A stretch of 57,278 nt of DNA from Candidatus Aenigmatarchaeota archaeon (GTDB taxonomy: Archaea > Aenigmatarchaeota > Aenigmatarchaeia > PWEA01): the NCBI GenBank assembly GCA_003554845.1, contig PWHK01000017.1, positions 77,242 through 134,519 on the forward strand, written 5' to 3'. Each line of letters begins with the position of its first letter. Position 1 is the first letter of the stretch. The notes below the pieces were generated by a model. The model was given only the letters and a program-made list of their open reading frames with translations, did no database searches and was not told the DNA's origin. Shown here in pieces: positions 8,196-17,346 of the stretch. The position numbers and the translations under genes are program-made.

Positions 8196-8867
8196 ATGAA
8201 GATTGGTCAGGAGTGGTACCGCAGGGAGGAGGTTGCATCCAGGTATGACAAGAGATTTACACATGGAGGAAAGGTGCTCAACCGGGAGGAGATTGAAAAG
8301 CTTCTGGAGTTGGTGGGTCCCGATGACAAGGAGATACTTGATATAGCTACAGGTACTGGTAGGTTTGCAGAGGCAATGGAGGAGGCAGGTGGCGATGTGG
8401 TAGGGCTTGATGCAAGCAGTGAGATGTTGAGACCAGGAAGGGCAGAATATATTGTCGGTGATGCATTCAGACTTCCCTTTGAAGACAAGTCGTTTGATGT
8501 ATCCACAAGCATGCGTTTCTTACACCTCCTTCGTCCAAGGCAGGTACCGGAATTTCTGAAGGAAGTGGAGAGGGTCACCAGGGATAAGTTCGTCTTCGAG
8601 AGCTTCAATCCCATGAGCCTCCGTGCGCTGTACCAGTGGTCTCTGCCACAGAGGAGCTATCTTTTCAGAACACCACATCTAAAGGAGCTTCTTCGCGACC
8701 TGGAGTTTGTGGAAGATTTCCGTATAGACCCCCATTTCATAGTACCTTATGGAGCGTATCAGATGATGCCCCGTGGCCTTGCTAAACATGTAAACTCAAT
8801 CGACAGAGAAATAATCGATGTGGTCCCTTCCTTTGCTTCGACGGTTTACTGGACGGTTCATTTCTGA
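8196..8867 (+). CDS. class I SAM-dependent methyltransferase
   Basis: 223 aa. Motif I ILDIATGTGRF, followed by VVGLDASSEML and the acidic post-I/II pattern. Confidence 0.8.
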   Translation: MKIGQEWYRREEVASRYDKRFTHGGKVLNREEIEKLLELVGPDDKEILDIATGTGRFAEAMEEAGGDVVGLDASSEMLRPGRAEYIVGDAFRLPFEDKSFDVSTSMRFLHLLRPRQVPEFLKEVERVTRDKFVFESFNPMSLRALYQWSLPQRSYLFRTPHLKELLRDLEFVEDFRIDPHFIVPYGAYQMMPRGLAKHVNSIDREIIDVVPSFASTVYWTVHF

Positions 8868-8901
8868 CCTTTAAACCTATTTAAATCTAAATAATCAGAC
8901 T

Positions 8902-9105
8902 TTGCACATGTCTATCAAAGTTATACATGGAAAAAAAGAACACACAGTAGACGATGACAGTACTACAGTAGAGGGTGTGTTGGACCGTATCGGTGTCAAT
9001 CCAGAGACTGTAATTGTAGAGATGGAAGACGAAATAGTTTCCCTGGGTAAGGCGGTCGTCGATGGCGACAAATTAAATCTCATAAACGTTGTTTCCGGTG
9101 GATAG
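8902..9105 (+). CDS. ThiS/MoaD/SAMP-type ubiquitin-fold protein with C-terminal Gly-Gly
   Basis: 67 aa ending ...LINVVSGG-stop. Size and diglycine terminus fit a beta-grasp sulfur carrier. It overlaps the downstream PP-loop ATPase ORF by 17 nt. Confidence 0.7.
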   Translation: MHMSIKVIHGKKEHTVDDDSTTVEGVLDRIGVNPETVIVEMEDEIVSLGKAVVDGDKLNLINVVSGG

Positions 9106-10054
9106 ATTGAGAGATAAAGACAATATCACCGAACGACAAGGGAATAAATGCTGGAAATGTGGAGATCCGGCGGTTATACACAGGAAGTACGAGGGGAAGT
9201 CGTGGTGCTCCGAACATTTTACAGAACAGTTCGAGTCCCTTGTAAAGGGCACTATACGCGAGAACGATCTTTTTGAGAGCGACGACAAGGTTTGTGTCGC
9301 TCTATCAGGAGGTATGGACTCATCGGCCCTTTTGTTTTTTCTCTCGGATCTGTTCAAGGATTGGAGAAATGCCGACCTGTTTGCTCTGGCAATAGACGAG
9401 GGTATAGAGGACTATAGGGATGAAAGTATAGAAATAGCAGAAGAGCTCTGCCGGGATCTAGGTGTCGATCTACATATAGCTTCCTTCAAGGAGGCATTTG
9501 GAAAGACACTGGACGAGATAATGGAGGACAAGGAGTATGGATGTACATACTGTGGTGTCCTCAGGAGATGGCTCCTGAATAGGAAGAGCAGAGAACTGGG
9601 GGCAACAAAACTTGCTACAGGGCACAACATGGACGACGAGCTCCAGAGCATTTTTATGAACTACCTGAGAGGTAATATGAATAGGATGGTAAGGCTTGGA
9701 GCAAAGCCTGCCGTTCTAGACAACGAAAAGTTTATACCAAGGGTGAAGCCCTTTAGAGATACTCCTGAAAGGGAGATAGCCCTCTACGGAAGGCTAAGGG
9801 GTATAGATCTTCATCAGACAGAATGTCCATATGTAGATAACAGCCTACGGTTCGACGTCAGGGACTTTCTCAACGATATGGAGGCCAAGCGACCTTCGAC
9901 CAAGTACACTTCTCTCCGGGCCTTTGACAAGCTACTTCCTGCCTTGCAGAATATGTTTTCGGGTGACGATAGTTCTGTAAAGGAATGTGACTTCTGTGGC
10001 GAAATTACAAGCGGAGATATATGCAAGACCTGTCAGCTAAGAGAAAAAATATAG
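9089..10054 (+). CDS. ncsA: NcsA/Ncs6/TtuA-family tRNA 2-thiolation PP-loop ATPase
   Basis: 321 aa. PP-loop VALSGGMDSSAL, N-terminal zinc finger CWKCG...CSEH, C-terminal CDFCG...CKTC. Confidence 0.85.
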   Translation: MFPVDRLRDKDNITERQGNKCWKCGDPAVIHRKYEGKSWCSEHFTEQFESLVKGTIRENDLFESDDKVCVALSGGMDSSALLFFLSDLFKDWRNADLFALAIDEGIEDYRDESIEIAEELCRDLGVDLHIASFKEAFGKTLDEIMEDKEYGCTYCGVLRRWLLNRKSRELGATKLATGHNMDDELQSIFMNYLRGNMNRMVRLGAKPAVLDNEKFIPRVKPFRDTPEREIALYGRLRGIDLHQTECPYVDNSLRFDVRDFLNDMEAKRPSTKYTSLRAFDKLLPALQNMFSGDDSSVKECDFCGEITSGDICKTCQLREKI

Positions 10055-10070
10055 TTTTCCGAGAAAAGTT

Positions 10071-10541
10071 CTACAAATCCTTTCCCAGTGCATGTTTTAA
10101 TGGGTCACGTGGATCGTTTTTTTCCTTGTACTTGCATATAAGTGTTTCTGTCTCTTCGACTGCTTCGAAGTCCCTGATCGCATCAAGTGTTTTATCAAGT
10201 CCCTTTTCATTTTCTACGAGTATTTCAAGTATCATGTCGAACCTTCCAAATGTATGGTGGATCTGACTTATGCTCTTCATTTTTTTGGCTTCCTTGACAA
10301 ATTTATGTCTCAGTTCAGACGAAGGTGCGATATTGAGTATTACGTAGGCCCTTGTGTTTAGGCCCACCTTCCCGCCGTCCACATCAACGGTAAAGGAGTT
10401 TATTATACCCTCTTCCTTTAGTTGGTTTATCTTCTTGCTTACTGTCTGCCTCGAAATATCCAGATTTTTGGCTATGTCGGATATTTTTTTCCTTCCGTCT
10501 TCCAAAAGTTCTGCGAGTATTTTTCTTTCGTTGTCTTTCAT
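10071..10541 (-). CDS. Lrp/AsnC-family transcriptional regulator
   Basis: 156 aa. N-terminal HTH (ILAELLEDGRKKISDIAKNLDISRQTVSKKINQLKEEGII) and C-terminal RAM/AsnC_trans_reg-like domain. Confidence 0.9.
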   Translation of the reverse strand: MKDNERKILAELLEDGRKKISDIAKNLDISRQTVSKKINQLKEEGIINSFTVDVDGGKVGLNTRAYVILNIAPSSELRHKFVKEAKKMKSISQIHHTFGRFDMILEILVENEKGLDKTLDAIRDFEAVEETETLICKYKEKNDPRDPLKHALGKDL

Positions 10542-10708
10542 GGGCTAACAATTTGTAGATATAGTATTTATAAAGTTAACGCTTCGGCTTGTTTCGCTTA
10601 ACAATTAAGGACCATCTAGTTTCTTATCTACCTAAACCGTAAATGCAAGAAAAATGAAAACTTTTTCTGTAACTACGGTTACAAAGTATCCAAAAAGAAC
10701 TCTTTCTA

Positions 10709-11983
10709 TCAGTCTTCCGAATGGGGACAGGAAACTAGTTCCTCCGCGAACTCCCCTGCCTTCCTTTTAATCTTGTTCTCGTCTACCATCGTTAGTTCAC
10801 CGTTCCTCATGACTATCTCTCCATCTATTATGGTGGTATCTACCTCGGCTCCCGAGTATATTAGGTTTGATAGTGGGCTGTGTACAGGATTCATTTTTAT
10901 GTAGTCCAGATCTACAAGTATGAGGTCTGCAGTATATCCTTGTTCCAACCTCCCTATTTTTCTATCCAAGGCCATGTCTGCATTGGTCCATGGGAGTTTT
11001 GATATATCTTCAATGGGCATGGTGGTTGGATCCGATGCGTTGAGTTTGTGTAGAAGTCCTACGAACTTCATTTCCTCGAACATATCAAGGTTGTTGTTGG
11101 ATGCGGCACCGTCTGTTCCAAGGCAGACGTTGAGACCCTTCTGCATCATATCAGGCACAGGGGCTACTCCGGACGTTAGTTTCATATTGGAACATGGGTT
11201 GTGGACTATGCTCGCTTCTTTCTTCGAAAGCGTTTTGATGTCTTCAACTGTGAGATGTACACCGTGGGCTCCTATGAATTTTCCATCAAGCAGCCCAAGT
11301 TGTTTTATATGTTCAACGGGCCTTCTGCCCCTTTCTTTTATTAGCTTTTCTACTTCGTCGTGTGTCTCACATAGATGCATGTGTAGAGGTATATCATTTC
11401 GATCCGCCATTTCCCTGGCTTTTAGGAGAAGTTCATCCGAGCAGGTTTCACATGAGTGGGGTGTTACCATTGGATTGATCCGGTCGGATAATTTGCCTAT
11501 ATCCTTTACAATCTTCCTGGATTTCTTTAGATCCTTTTTTCTTCTTTGTTCTTCTCCCAGGTCCAACATTCCATGGCCCAAGTATCCGCGTATTCCTATA
11601 TCTTCGGCGGCTTCGGCAACCTTGTCCATGAAGAAGTACATGTCACTGAAACATGTTGTCCCCGTCTTTATCATCTCTGTGAAGGCATGCATTGCACCCC
11701 AGTAGCATTTCTCTCCGTCCAGTTTCTCCTCAAGAGGCCATATATCTTCCTGGAGCCATTTCTGAAGTTTTTTGTCGTCGGATACACCGCGGAGCAGGTT
11801 CATGGATGCATGTGTGTGCATATTTACAAGGCCAGGAAGAACTATGTGGTTGGATGCGTCTATGACCTCCTCGCTTTTATCACATCCTCCTATAGACTCT
11901 ATCCTACTGTCTTTGACAACTATATTTTTGTTTTCCAGTGTCTTTTCCGGAGTTAGAACGAATCTTGCGTTCTTTATGAGCAT
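10709..11983 (-). CDS. mtaD: amidohydrolase, 5-methylthioadenosine/S-adenosylhomocysteine deaminase-like
   Basis: 424 aa. Metal-binding LPGLVNMHTHASM (HxH), HLCE, and DGAASNN motifs characteristic of the MtaD/guanine-deaminase branch of amidohydrolases. Confidence 0.8.
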   Translation of the reverse strand: MLIKNARFVLTPEKTLENKNIVVKDSRIESIGGCDKSEEVIDASNHIVLPGLVNMHTHASMNLLRGVSDDKKLQKWLQEDIWPLEEKLDGEKCYWGAMHAFTEMIKTGTTCFSDMYFFMDKVAEAAEDIGIRGYLGHGMLDLGEEQRRKKDLKKSRKIVKDIGKLSDRINPMVTPHSCETCSDELLLKAREMADRNDIPLHMHLCETHDEVEKLIKERGRRPVEHIKQLGLLDGKFIGAHGVHLTVEDIKTLSKKEASIVHNPCSNMKLTSGVAPVPDMMQKGLNVCLGTDGAASNNNLDMFEEMKFVGLLHKLNASDPTTMPIEDISKLPWTNADMALDRKIGRLEQGYTADLILVDLDYIKMNPVHSPLSNLIYSGAEVDTTIIDGEIVMRNGELTMVDENKIKRKAGEFAEELVSCPHSED

Positions 11984-12142
11984 ACAATAAATTAGCCTGC
12001 GGAATTTAAAACGTTAGCACACCATCCCTCTGTATTTTATAACGCATTTTAACGAAATAGAAAAACACATAAAATTCATTCAAGATATTTAAGTTTTTCT
12101 ATCGATTAGTTGTAACAGTTCAGTAAGAACGAAGGGGTTTGT

Positions 12143-14125
12143 ATGAAATATAAAGCAATAGGACTTTTGATTGCGATGGTTTTTGTAGTAGCATCTACTG
12201 CAGGTGTTGGTTTAGCCCTTTATGAAGAAAAGGAAAGACCTATTATAGAAGGCAGTGTTACATACGATCCTGTTACAGTCCATGCAGACGTTGTCGATCT
12301 GGCAAATCTCGACGAGGTAGTTGTGTACTTCCGTTACCGTGAAAAGGGAAGGGAAGGGTGGACAGAAACAGAAAAGAGGACCATGTCCTCCGAAGGAACA
12401 TACTCTAAGATTCTAACTGATATAGATCCAGACACCAACTACGACTTCCAGGTTGTAGTCGAGTGGATAGGAGACGAAGATCTTATATTTGAAACAGAGA
12501 GAAAACCTGCAGAATTTCAGATGAGTGGCCTGAGAGCCGTTCCCGAAAAGGTATACATCGATGAGCATACAAGTCTACGGATGGACATTGAGAACATAGG
12601 AGGCCAGCCGGGTGAGACTGCTGTAGGCTTCGTGGTAAACGAAAAAACAGAGATCTCTGAAACTGTGAGCGTAGATGCAGGTGAAACAAAAACCGTAAGC
12701 GTTTCATACCTAACAGACAACAAAGGAACCTACCGAGTGGATGCAGAGGGTATGACCACATACTTTGAGGTCCACGATCTTCCTTCCGTGGAGGCAAAAT
12801 ACGCCAAGAGTATAACACATGATTCCGCAGTCCTCGTTGCAGACCTTACAAATATAGGACTCGAAGAAAGCGTTGATGTATACTTTAGATACAGGACAGA
12901 GGAAAACGGCTGGGAGGAAACCCCGAGACAGGAGATGTATTCAGAGGGACGGTTTTCACATGAGGTCAGTGGCCTTGATATAGACTCCGACTACAGGTTC
13001 AGAGCAGTTGTAGAATGGGACGACAGACACAGGGTAGGCGAATCAAAGTTTATCGAGACCAGTGATATAGAGGTAAGGCCAAACGCAGTTACTGACACAT
13101 ATCTCAGAGGCGTTGATGGTGTAGGAGTTTTCTTCTGGGGACAAGGAACAAGCCTAAGCAGCGACATAACCGAATATAGATGGGACTTCTATGGAGACGG
13201 CGACTGGGACTACGTAAGCAGCGAAACAGGCAAAACTATACACACATATAGTGAAACAGGAACCTACAACGCAGTATTTGAAGTCGAGGACCACAGAGGA
13301 AGAACCGATTCCCAGGATGTTGAAGTAGTTGTCGCCGAGAGAAAGTATCCTATGTACGAGGTAGAAGATATAGCTGATGGGTTCACAAGGGATGTATACT
13401 TTGATACAGAGTATCTGTATGACCAGGAAGACGATCAAACCAGGATAGCACTCAACATAAAGAATACAGCCTCTGAGAGGAGAAACATAACCGTAACCAT
13501 TGATATACCCAAGGATGTAGCATCTTCCATTGAGGACATGGATATGTTTCCAGCACCGACAGAAATACTGGAGGAGAATCCAGAGGTTGTCTGGAACTTT
13601 GTTCTAGAAGGCGATGAAACAGGTAGGTTTGAGATGGCCTTCGATGGCCACATAGAACCTGGAAGATTTGATGAAATGAGGATGGTACAGGCCTACGGAG
13701 AGGAACAACACGAGAGAAGGACTATCACAGGTCTTTTCATAAGGGGTATAACAAGGATATGGGGCTTTATTGTCATTCTAATAGTTGCCATAGCACTTGT
13801 TCTGGTCTTCGTAGGGAGCGATCGTTTCAGAGAAACCGTCTTCAGATCTCTTTCGAGGTTTGAGCAGATGTTTCTTGCCGAGAGGGAGACAGACGAACAA
13901 AAGAAAACCAGAAAGAAGGAGGAACTCGACAGAAGGTTTATAGACACTGCAAGGAGTGTAAAGAAAGCACTTAGGAGAGACGATATATCCAATCCGCATA
14001 GGGTTGTAGACAGACTTGAAATGGCAAACGATGCCCTTGATAGAGGAAACATCAGTTGCTTTGAACAGTACATCGGTGAGGTACAGAGACAGATAAACCG
14101 TAGTACAAACAACGTAGCCTGGTAA
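12143..14125 (+). CDS. type I membrane-anchored surface protein with duplicated Fn3-like modules, CARDB-like and PKD domains
   Basis: 660 aa. N-terminal hydrophobic signal or anchor. Two paralogous modules (VVVYFRYREKGREGWTETEKRTMSSEGTY...YDFQVVVEW and VDVYFRYRTEENGWEETPRQEMYSEGRF...YRFRAVVEW). PKD signature YRWDFYGDGDWD...HTYSETGTYNAVFEVEDHRG. A C-terminal TM helix (IWGFIVILIVAIALVLVFV) is followed by a charged tail. Confidence 0.7.
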   Translation: MKYKAIGLLIAMVFVVASTAGVGLALYEEKERPIIEGSVTYDPVTVHADVVDLANLDEVVVYFRYREKGREGWTETEKRTMSSEGTYSKILTDIDPDTNYDFQVVVEWIGDEDLIFETERKPAEFQMSGLRAVPEKVYIDEHTSLRMDIENIGGQPGETAVGFVVNEKTEISETVSVDAGETKTVSVSYLTDNKGTYRVDAEGMTTYFEVHDLPSVEAKYAKSITHDSAVLVADLTNIGLEESVDVYFRYRTEENGWEETPRQEMYSEGRFSHEVSGLDIDSDYRFRAVVEWDDRHRVGESKFIETSDIEVRPNAVTDTYLRGVDGVGVFFWGQGTSLSSDITEYRWDFYGDGDWDYVSSETGKTIHTYSETGTYNAVFEVEDHRGRTDSQDVEVVVAERKYPMYEVEDIADGFTRDVYFDTEYLYDQEDDQTRIALNIKNTASERRNITVTIDIPKDVASSIEDMDMFPAPTEILEENPEVVWNFVLEGDETGRFEMAFDGHIEPGRFDEMRMVQAYGEEQHERRTITGLFIRGITRIWGFIVILIVAIALVLVFVGSDRFRETVFRSLSRFEQMFLAERETDEQKKTRKKEELDRRFIDTARSVKKALRRDDISNPHRVVDRLEMANDALDRGNISCFEQYIGEVQRQINRSTNNVAW

Positions 14126-14174
14126 CAGTTCCTTGGTCATTGTTTTTTATAGTTCTCGTGTATCTTACTATGTG

Positions 14175-14447
14175 ATGAATGATACCAATGGAGATGTTTT
14201 TCTCGAGGTAAAGGTCAGCCCTTTATCTGAAAGATTTTCCGTCGAGGGCTTCAATAGATGGACAGGCAGACTTCATGTAAGGGTTTCCGAGCCTGCCACA
14301 GATGGAAAGGCTAACAGGGAACTCGTTGAAAGGATGTCTGATCTTTTGGACAGGGACGTTTTAGTTAAGTCAGGACATGGATCGAGAAGAAAAACTCTGA
14401 TCGTGAAGAACACGACATCAAAAAGACTGAAGAAGGTGCTTCCATGA
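14175..14447 (+). CDS. DUF167/YggU-family protein
   Basis: VKVSPLSERFSVEGFNRWTGRLHVRVSEPATDGKANRELVERMSDLL matches the UPF0235/DUF167 pattern. I prefer the Met at 14175 over the track start 14133, which lies 8 nt after the previous gene. Confidence 0.7.
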   Translation: MNDTNGDVFLEVKVSPLSERFSVEGFNRWTGRLHVRVSEPATDGKANRELVERMSDLLDRDVLVKSGHGSRRKTLIVKNTTSKRLKKVLP

Positions 14448-15691
14448 GGGCCTATATAGAGACGTATGGATGCATGTTGAATGTATCAAACGAAGAGATA
14501 ATGAAGGGTATACTTGAGAGAAGAGGTTGTGGTATTACAGATAATCCGGATCTTGCAGATACTCTAATTCTGAACTCATGTTCTGCCAGTAGACCTGCAG
14601 AAAAAATTTCGGAAGAGAAGATATCCAACTGGAAAAGAGAATATCCTGGAAAGGAGATTGTTTTTGCGGGATGTATGCCATATACAGAGTACGGTATGTC
14701 AAAGGATCTTCTACCTGAATCTTCCTTTGTAGGCCCCAACAACTGCAGGGACATAGCAAAGGTAGTTGAAAAAACATCTTCCGGTGATGTGGTGGAGTAT
14801 CTCGACGACAGGAAGGAAAAAAGAACAGGTCTTCCACGTATACGGCGCAACAGTCTAGTCGATATATGTGATATAAAGCACGGATTTCCAGGGGGATGTC
14901 CACTTGATCCTCTTTCCAGTGGAAGTTCAACCGAGAGCTACATGTTGGAAGACATAGTAGATGAGGTTAAGAGAGCATTGGACTCAGGCTGCAAGGAGAT
15001 ATGGATCGCGGCCCACAATACTGCTTCCTATGGAGAAGACATAGAAACCAGTCTAAAGGATCTCGTCGACAGTATAGTGAATCTTCCTGGAAGGTTCCGG
15101 CTACGCATTGGGACGATGAATGTTGACACAGCCAAAGCAAAGAATCTTATGGGTATATACAGATCCGATAAGGTATATTCTTACATTCACCTACCACTTT
15201 TATCGGGTTCGGATCGAATCCTTGATGATATGGGTGTAAAATACAAATCCCAGGACTTCGTGGAACTGGTGGATAGACTAAAAAGTAATATTCCGGATAT
15301 CAATATTTCTACAGATATAGTTCTCGGTTATCCCGGCGAGAAACAGATGGATTTTAAAAGAACAAAGGAGGTTGTCAAATCCACAGAACCCGACAGTATA
15401 GAGATAAATATGCTGAATAGGCCCAATAGTACAGAGGAAGGAAAAAACTCCCTTGAAGGCCAGGAGATATTAGATATAGTCAGTGGGATAAGTTCAGAGA
15501 AAAACAGAGATATTATAGGGAAAAAGAGAGAAGTCCTTGTAGTTGGAAGGGGAGATCGGGGCATGCCGAAGGGAAGAGATATGTCCTACAGGGAGTTGGT
15601 CGTCGATTCTTCCCGGAGGCTTATTGGTAAGTTTGTTGATTCGGAGATAGTTGATTCACCATATGGTCCTGTCTTCAAACCGATTATTTGA
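14444..15691 (+). CDS. MiaB/MtaB-family methylthiotransferase homologue lacking the radical-SAM CxxxCxxC motif
   Basis: 415 aa. The N-terminal UPF0004 domain keeps its three Cys (YGCMLN, NSCSAS, FAGCMP), and LLSGSDRILDDM and TRAM-like C-terminal parts are present. Where CxxxCxxC is expected the sequence reads LVDICDIKHGFPGGCPLDP. The ATG overlaps the DUF167 stop (ATGA). Confidence 0.65.
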   Translation: MRAYIETYGCMLNVSNEEIMKGILERRGCGITDNPDLADTLILNSCSASRPAEKISEEKISNWKREYPGKEIVFAGCMPYTEYGMSKDLLPESSFVGPNNCRDIAKVVEKTSSGDVVEYLDDRKEKRTGLPRIRRNSLVDICDIKHGFPGGCPLDPLSSGSSTESYMLEDIVDEVKRALDSGCKEIWIAAHNTASYGEDIETSLKDLVDSIVNLPGRFRLRIGTMNVDTAKAKNLMGIYRSDKVYSYIHLPLLSGSDRILDDMGVKYKSQDFVELVDRLKSNIPDINISTDIVLGYPGEKQMDFKRTKEVVKSTEPDSIEINMLNRPNSTEEGKNSLEGQEILDIVSGISSEKNRDIIGKKREVLVVGRGDRGMPKGRDMSYRELVVDSSRRLIGKFVDSEIVDSPYGPVFKPII

Positions 15692-16071
15692 TGATTTTTG
15701 ATAAGTTGTGAATGTATTGATGTATTTAAAATAAAACGGATACCTTTTAAGTGTTTAATCGACAAATAAGACCCTTTGGAAGTTTTTTTAACTCCCGGAA
15801 ACCATTTTAGCTCTCTTCATATTAAAGTAAGCATGTGGAAGTGGTTTGATTGCTCTAAAAACGTCTAAAAATTTTATTATGTAAAACCATAAGTTTTAAA
15901 TAATTTTTATTGCCAAATAATAATAGGTAGGATCTTAGGCCCATAAATAAGGTTTTCTACTTGTTTTGTAGTTTAAACAGCCACAATAAGGGTCTATAGA
16001 TAGTTTTGATAGCTCTCCTTAAACCAGATTGGTGTCAGGTGGCTTGATATATACCAAGGAGTGATTTTAAG

Positions 16072-17346
16072 ATGTTAAAAGGCATATTAAATCAAATAGA
16101 AAGTAGAAGAGGTGCATTTAATCATTTAAGCAATTTTAATTACCTAGATAGTTATAAGATACTCCAACGGAACTTTAATTCATCTAAAAAGTCTAAAATA
16201 GGCATGGAACTTGAGCTTCTGACACTGAACGAGAGATTTGAATCTGTTCCGAGGTCAGATGAAATATTGAGTACAATAAACGAACCGTGGGCCGTAAAAG
16301 AAAGTTCACATGAAATTGTAGAGGTAATTTCTTCTGCAGGTAAACTTGAAGACGTAAGGAATGATCTAATACAAAAAATAAAAATAGTTGATTCCGTGGC
16401 AAGGGATCTGGATCTCAGAACCTTGCCCCTCGAAGTACCTCTAACAAATAATAACACAAAGACACTCAGAGAAAATATGTGTTACCAGCTAAGAAGAGAG
16501 ATAATTGATAAGAACAGGATAAACGTATGTGGGAATGTGCTGGGAACACATATTCATTTTGACTGGAAGAGCAACGAAAAAGACAGGATAAAACAAATGA
16601 ACTTTCTGACGGCCGTCGATCCCTTTGTAGTTGCATTGACACAGTGTTCACCCAAGAACGGTTTCAAATCATGGAGAAACCAGGCCTACAGAAGGATTTT
16701 ACATAAAGATCATCCATTCCAGGGCCAGATGCAAGACTTCAAGGAGGCGTGGAATGATTATGAAAGAGAACTTGAAACAGAGTTCAGGGGGTTTGTTAAT
16801 CTGGCAGACAGGTCAGAGAGATACATAAATATAAGAAACAAGTACAACACAATATGGGGTCCTGTGAGAGTAAATCCAAGTCTAGAAACTGTTGAAATAA
16901 GATCTTTAGGCGCAAACCCTAACCTTGACCTATTATTTGAAATCGCCCACTATGTAAACAGAGGCATGGAGGCCTTTGTCAAAAACTACGGCTCTATATA
17001 TGACTTTTTGGAAGACATTTCACCTCAAGACTTCAGGACGGTCCAAAGCATTGACGATTTGAGAAAGCTGTCAGGCTTTGCCATAAAGGATGGTCTTAAA
17101 GACCCAATGGTCTACCAGTATGCTTCAAACCTTTTCAGTTTCTGTAGAAAGGGTTCAAGGGAAGGCCTAAATGGAGAAATTGAAAAAATACTTAGTGTCA
17201 GGCGAAGCCTTTCTGAATCCATAATTGAAATGAATGGAAGAGGGGAAAATATACACAAAAGATTGTATGAAGATATCTATAAAAATTATCTTTCGACAGA
17301 AATCGAAAAAAAGACTCAAGAAAAAGAGAGTGCTGTGAAAGTATGA
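16072..17346 (+). CDS. GCS2-family carboxylate-amine ligase (glutamate-cysteine ligase family 2-like)
   Basis: 424 aa. IGMELELLTL near the N-terminus and NVLGTHIHFD resemble the conserved E-x-E and G-x-H-x-H motifs of YbdK/GCS2 ligases. Confidence 0.6.
   Translation: MLKGILNQIESRRGAFNHLSNFNYLDSYKILQRNFNSSKKSKIGMELELLTLNERFESVPRSDEILSTINEPWAVKESSHEIVEVISSAGKLEDVRNDLIQKIKIVDSVARDLDLRTLPLEVPLTNNNTKTLRENMCYQLRREIIDKNRINVCGNVLGTHIHFDWKSNEKDRIKQMNFLTAVDPFVVALTQCSPKNGFKSWRNQAYRRILHKDHPFQGQMQDFKEAWNDYERELETEFRGFVNLADRSERYINIRNKYNTIWGPVRVNPSLETVEIRSLGANPNLDLLFEIAHYVNRGMEAFVKNYGSIYDFLEDISPQDFRTVQSIDDLRKLSGFAIKDGLKDPMVYQYASNLFSFCRKGSREGLNGEIEKILSVRRSLSESIIEMNGRGENIHKRLYEDIYKNYLSTEIEKKTQEKESAVKV

Noticed and set aside
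10920-11705. 261-aa + strand ORF inside the mtaD region
   Set aside because: It is antisense to a well-supported amidohydrolase gene. The translation is S/P/C-rich with no motifs, a typical shadow ORF.
15689-16071. Longest non-coding stretch of the window, scanned for an sRNA, riboswitch or small ORF; TGATGA (box C-like) at 15689-15694
   Set aside because: The TGATGA overlaps the stop codon of the upstream gene, and no CTGA box D follows within a plausible distance. I found no convincing hairpins, and the longest ATG ORF is 11 codons. It is most simply a promoter or spacer region for the GCS2 cluster.
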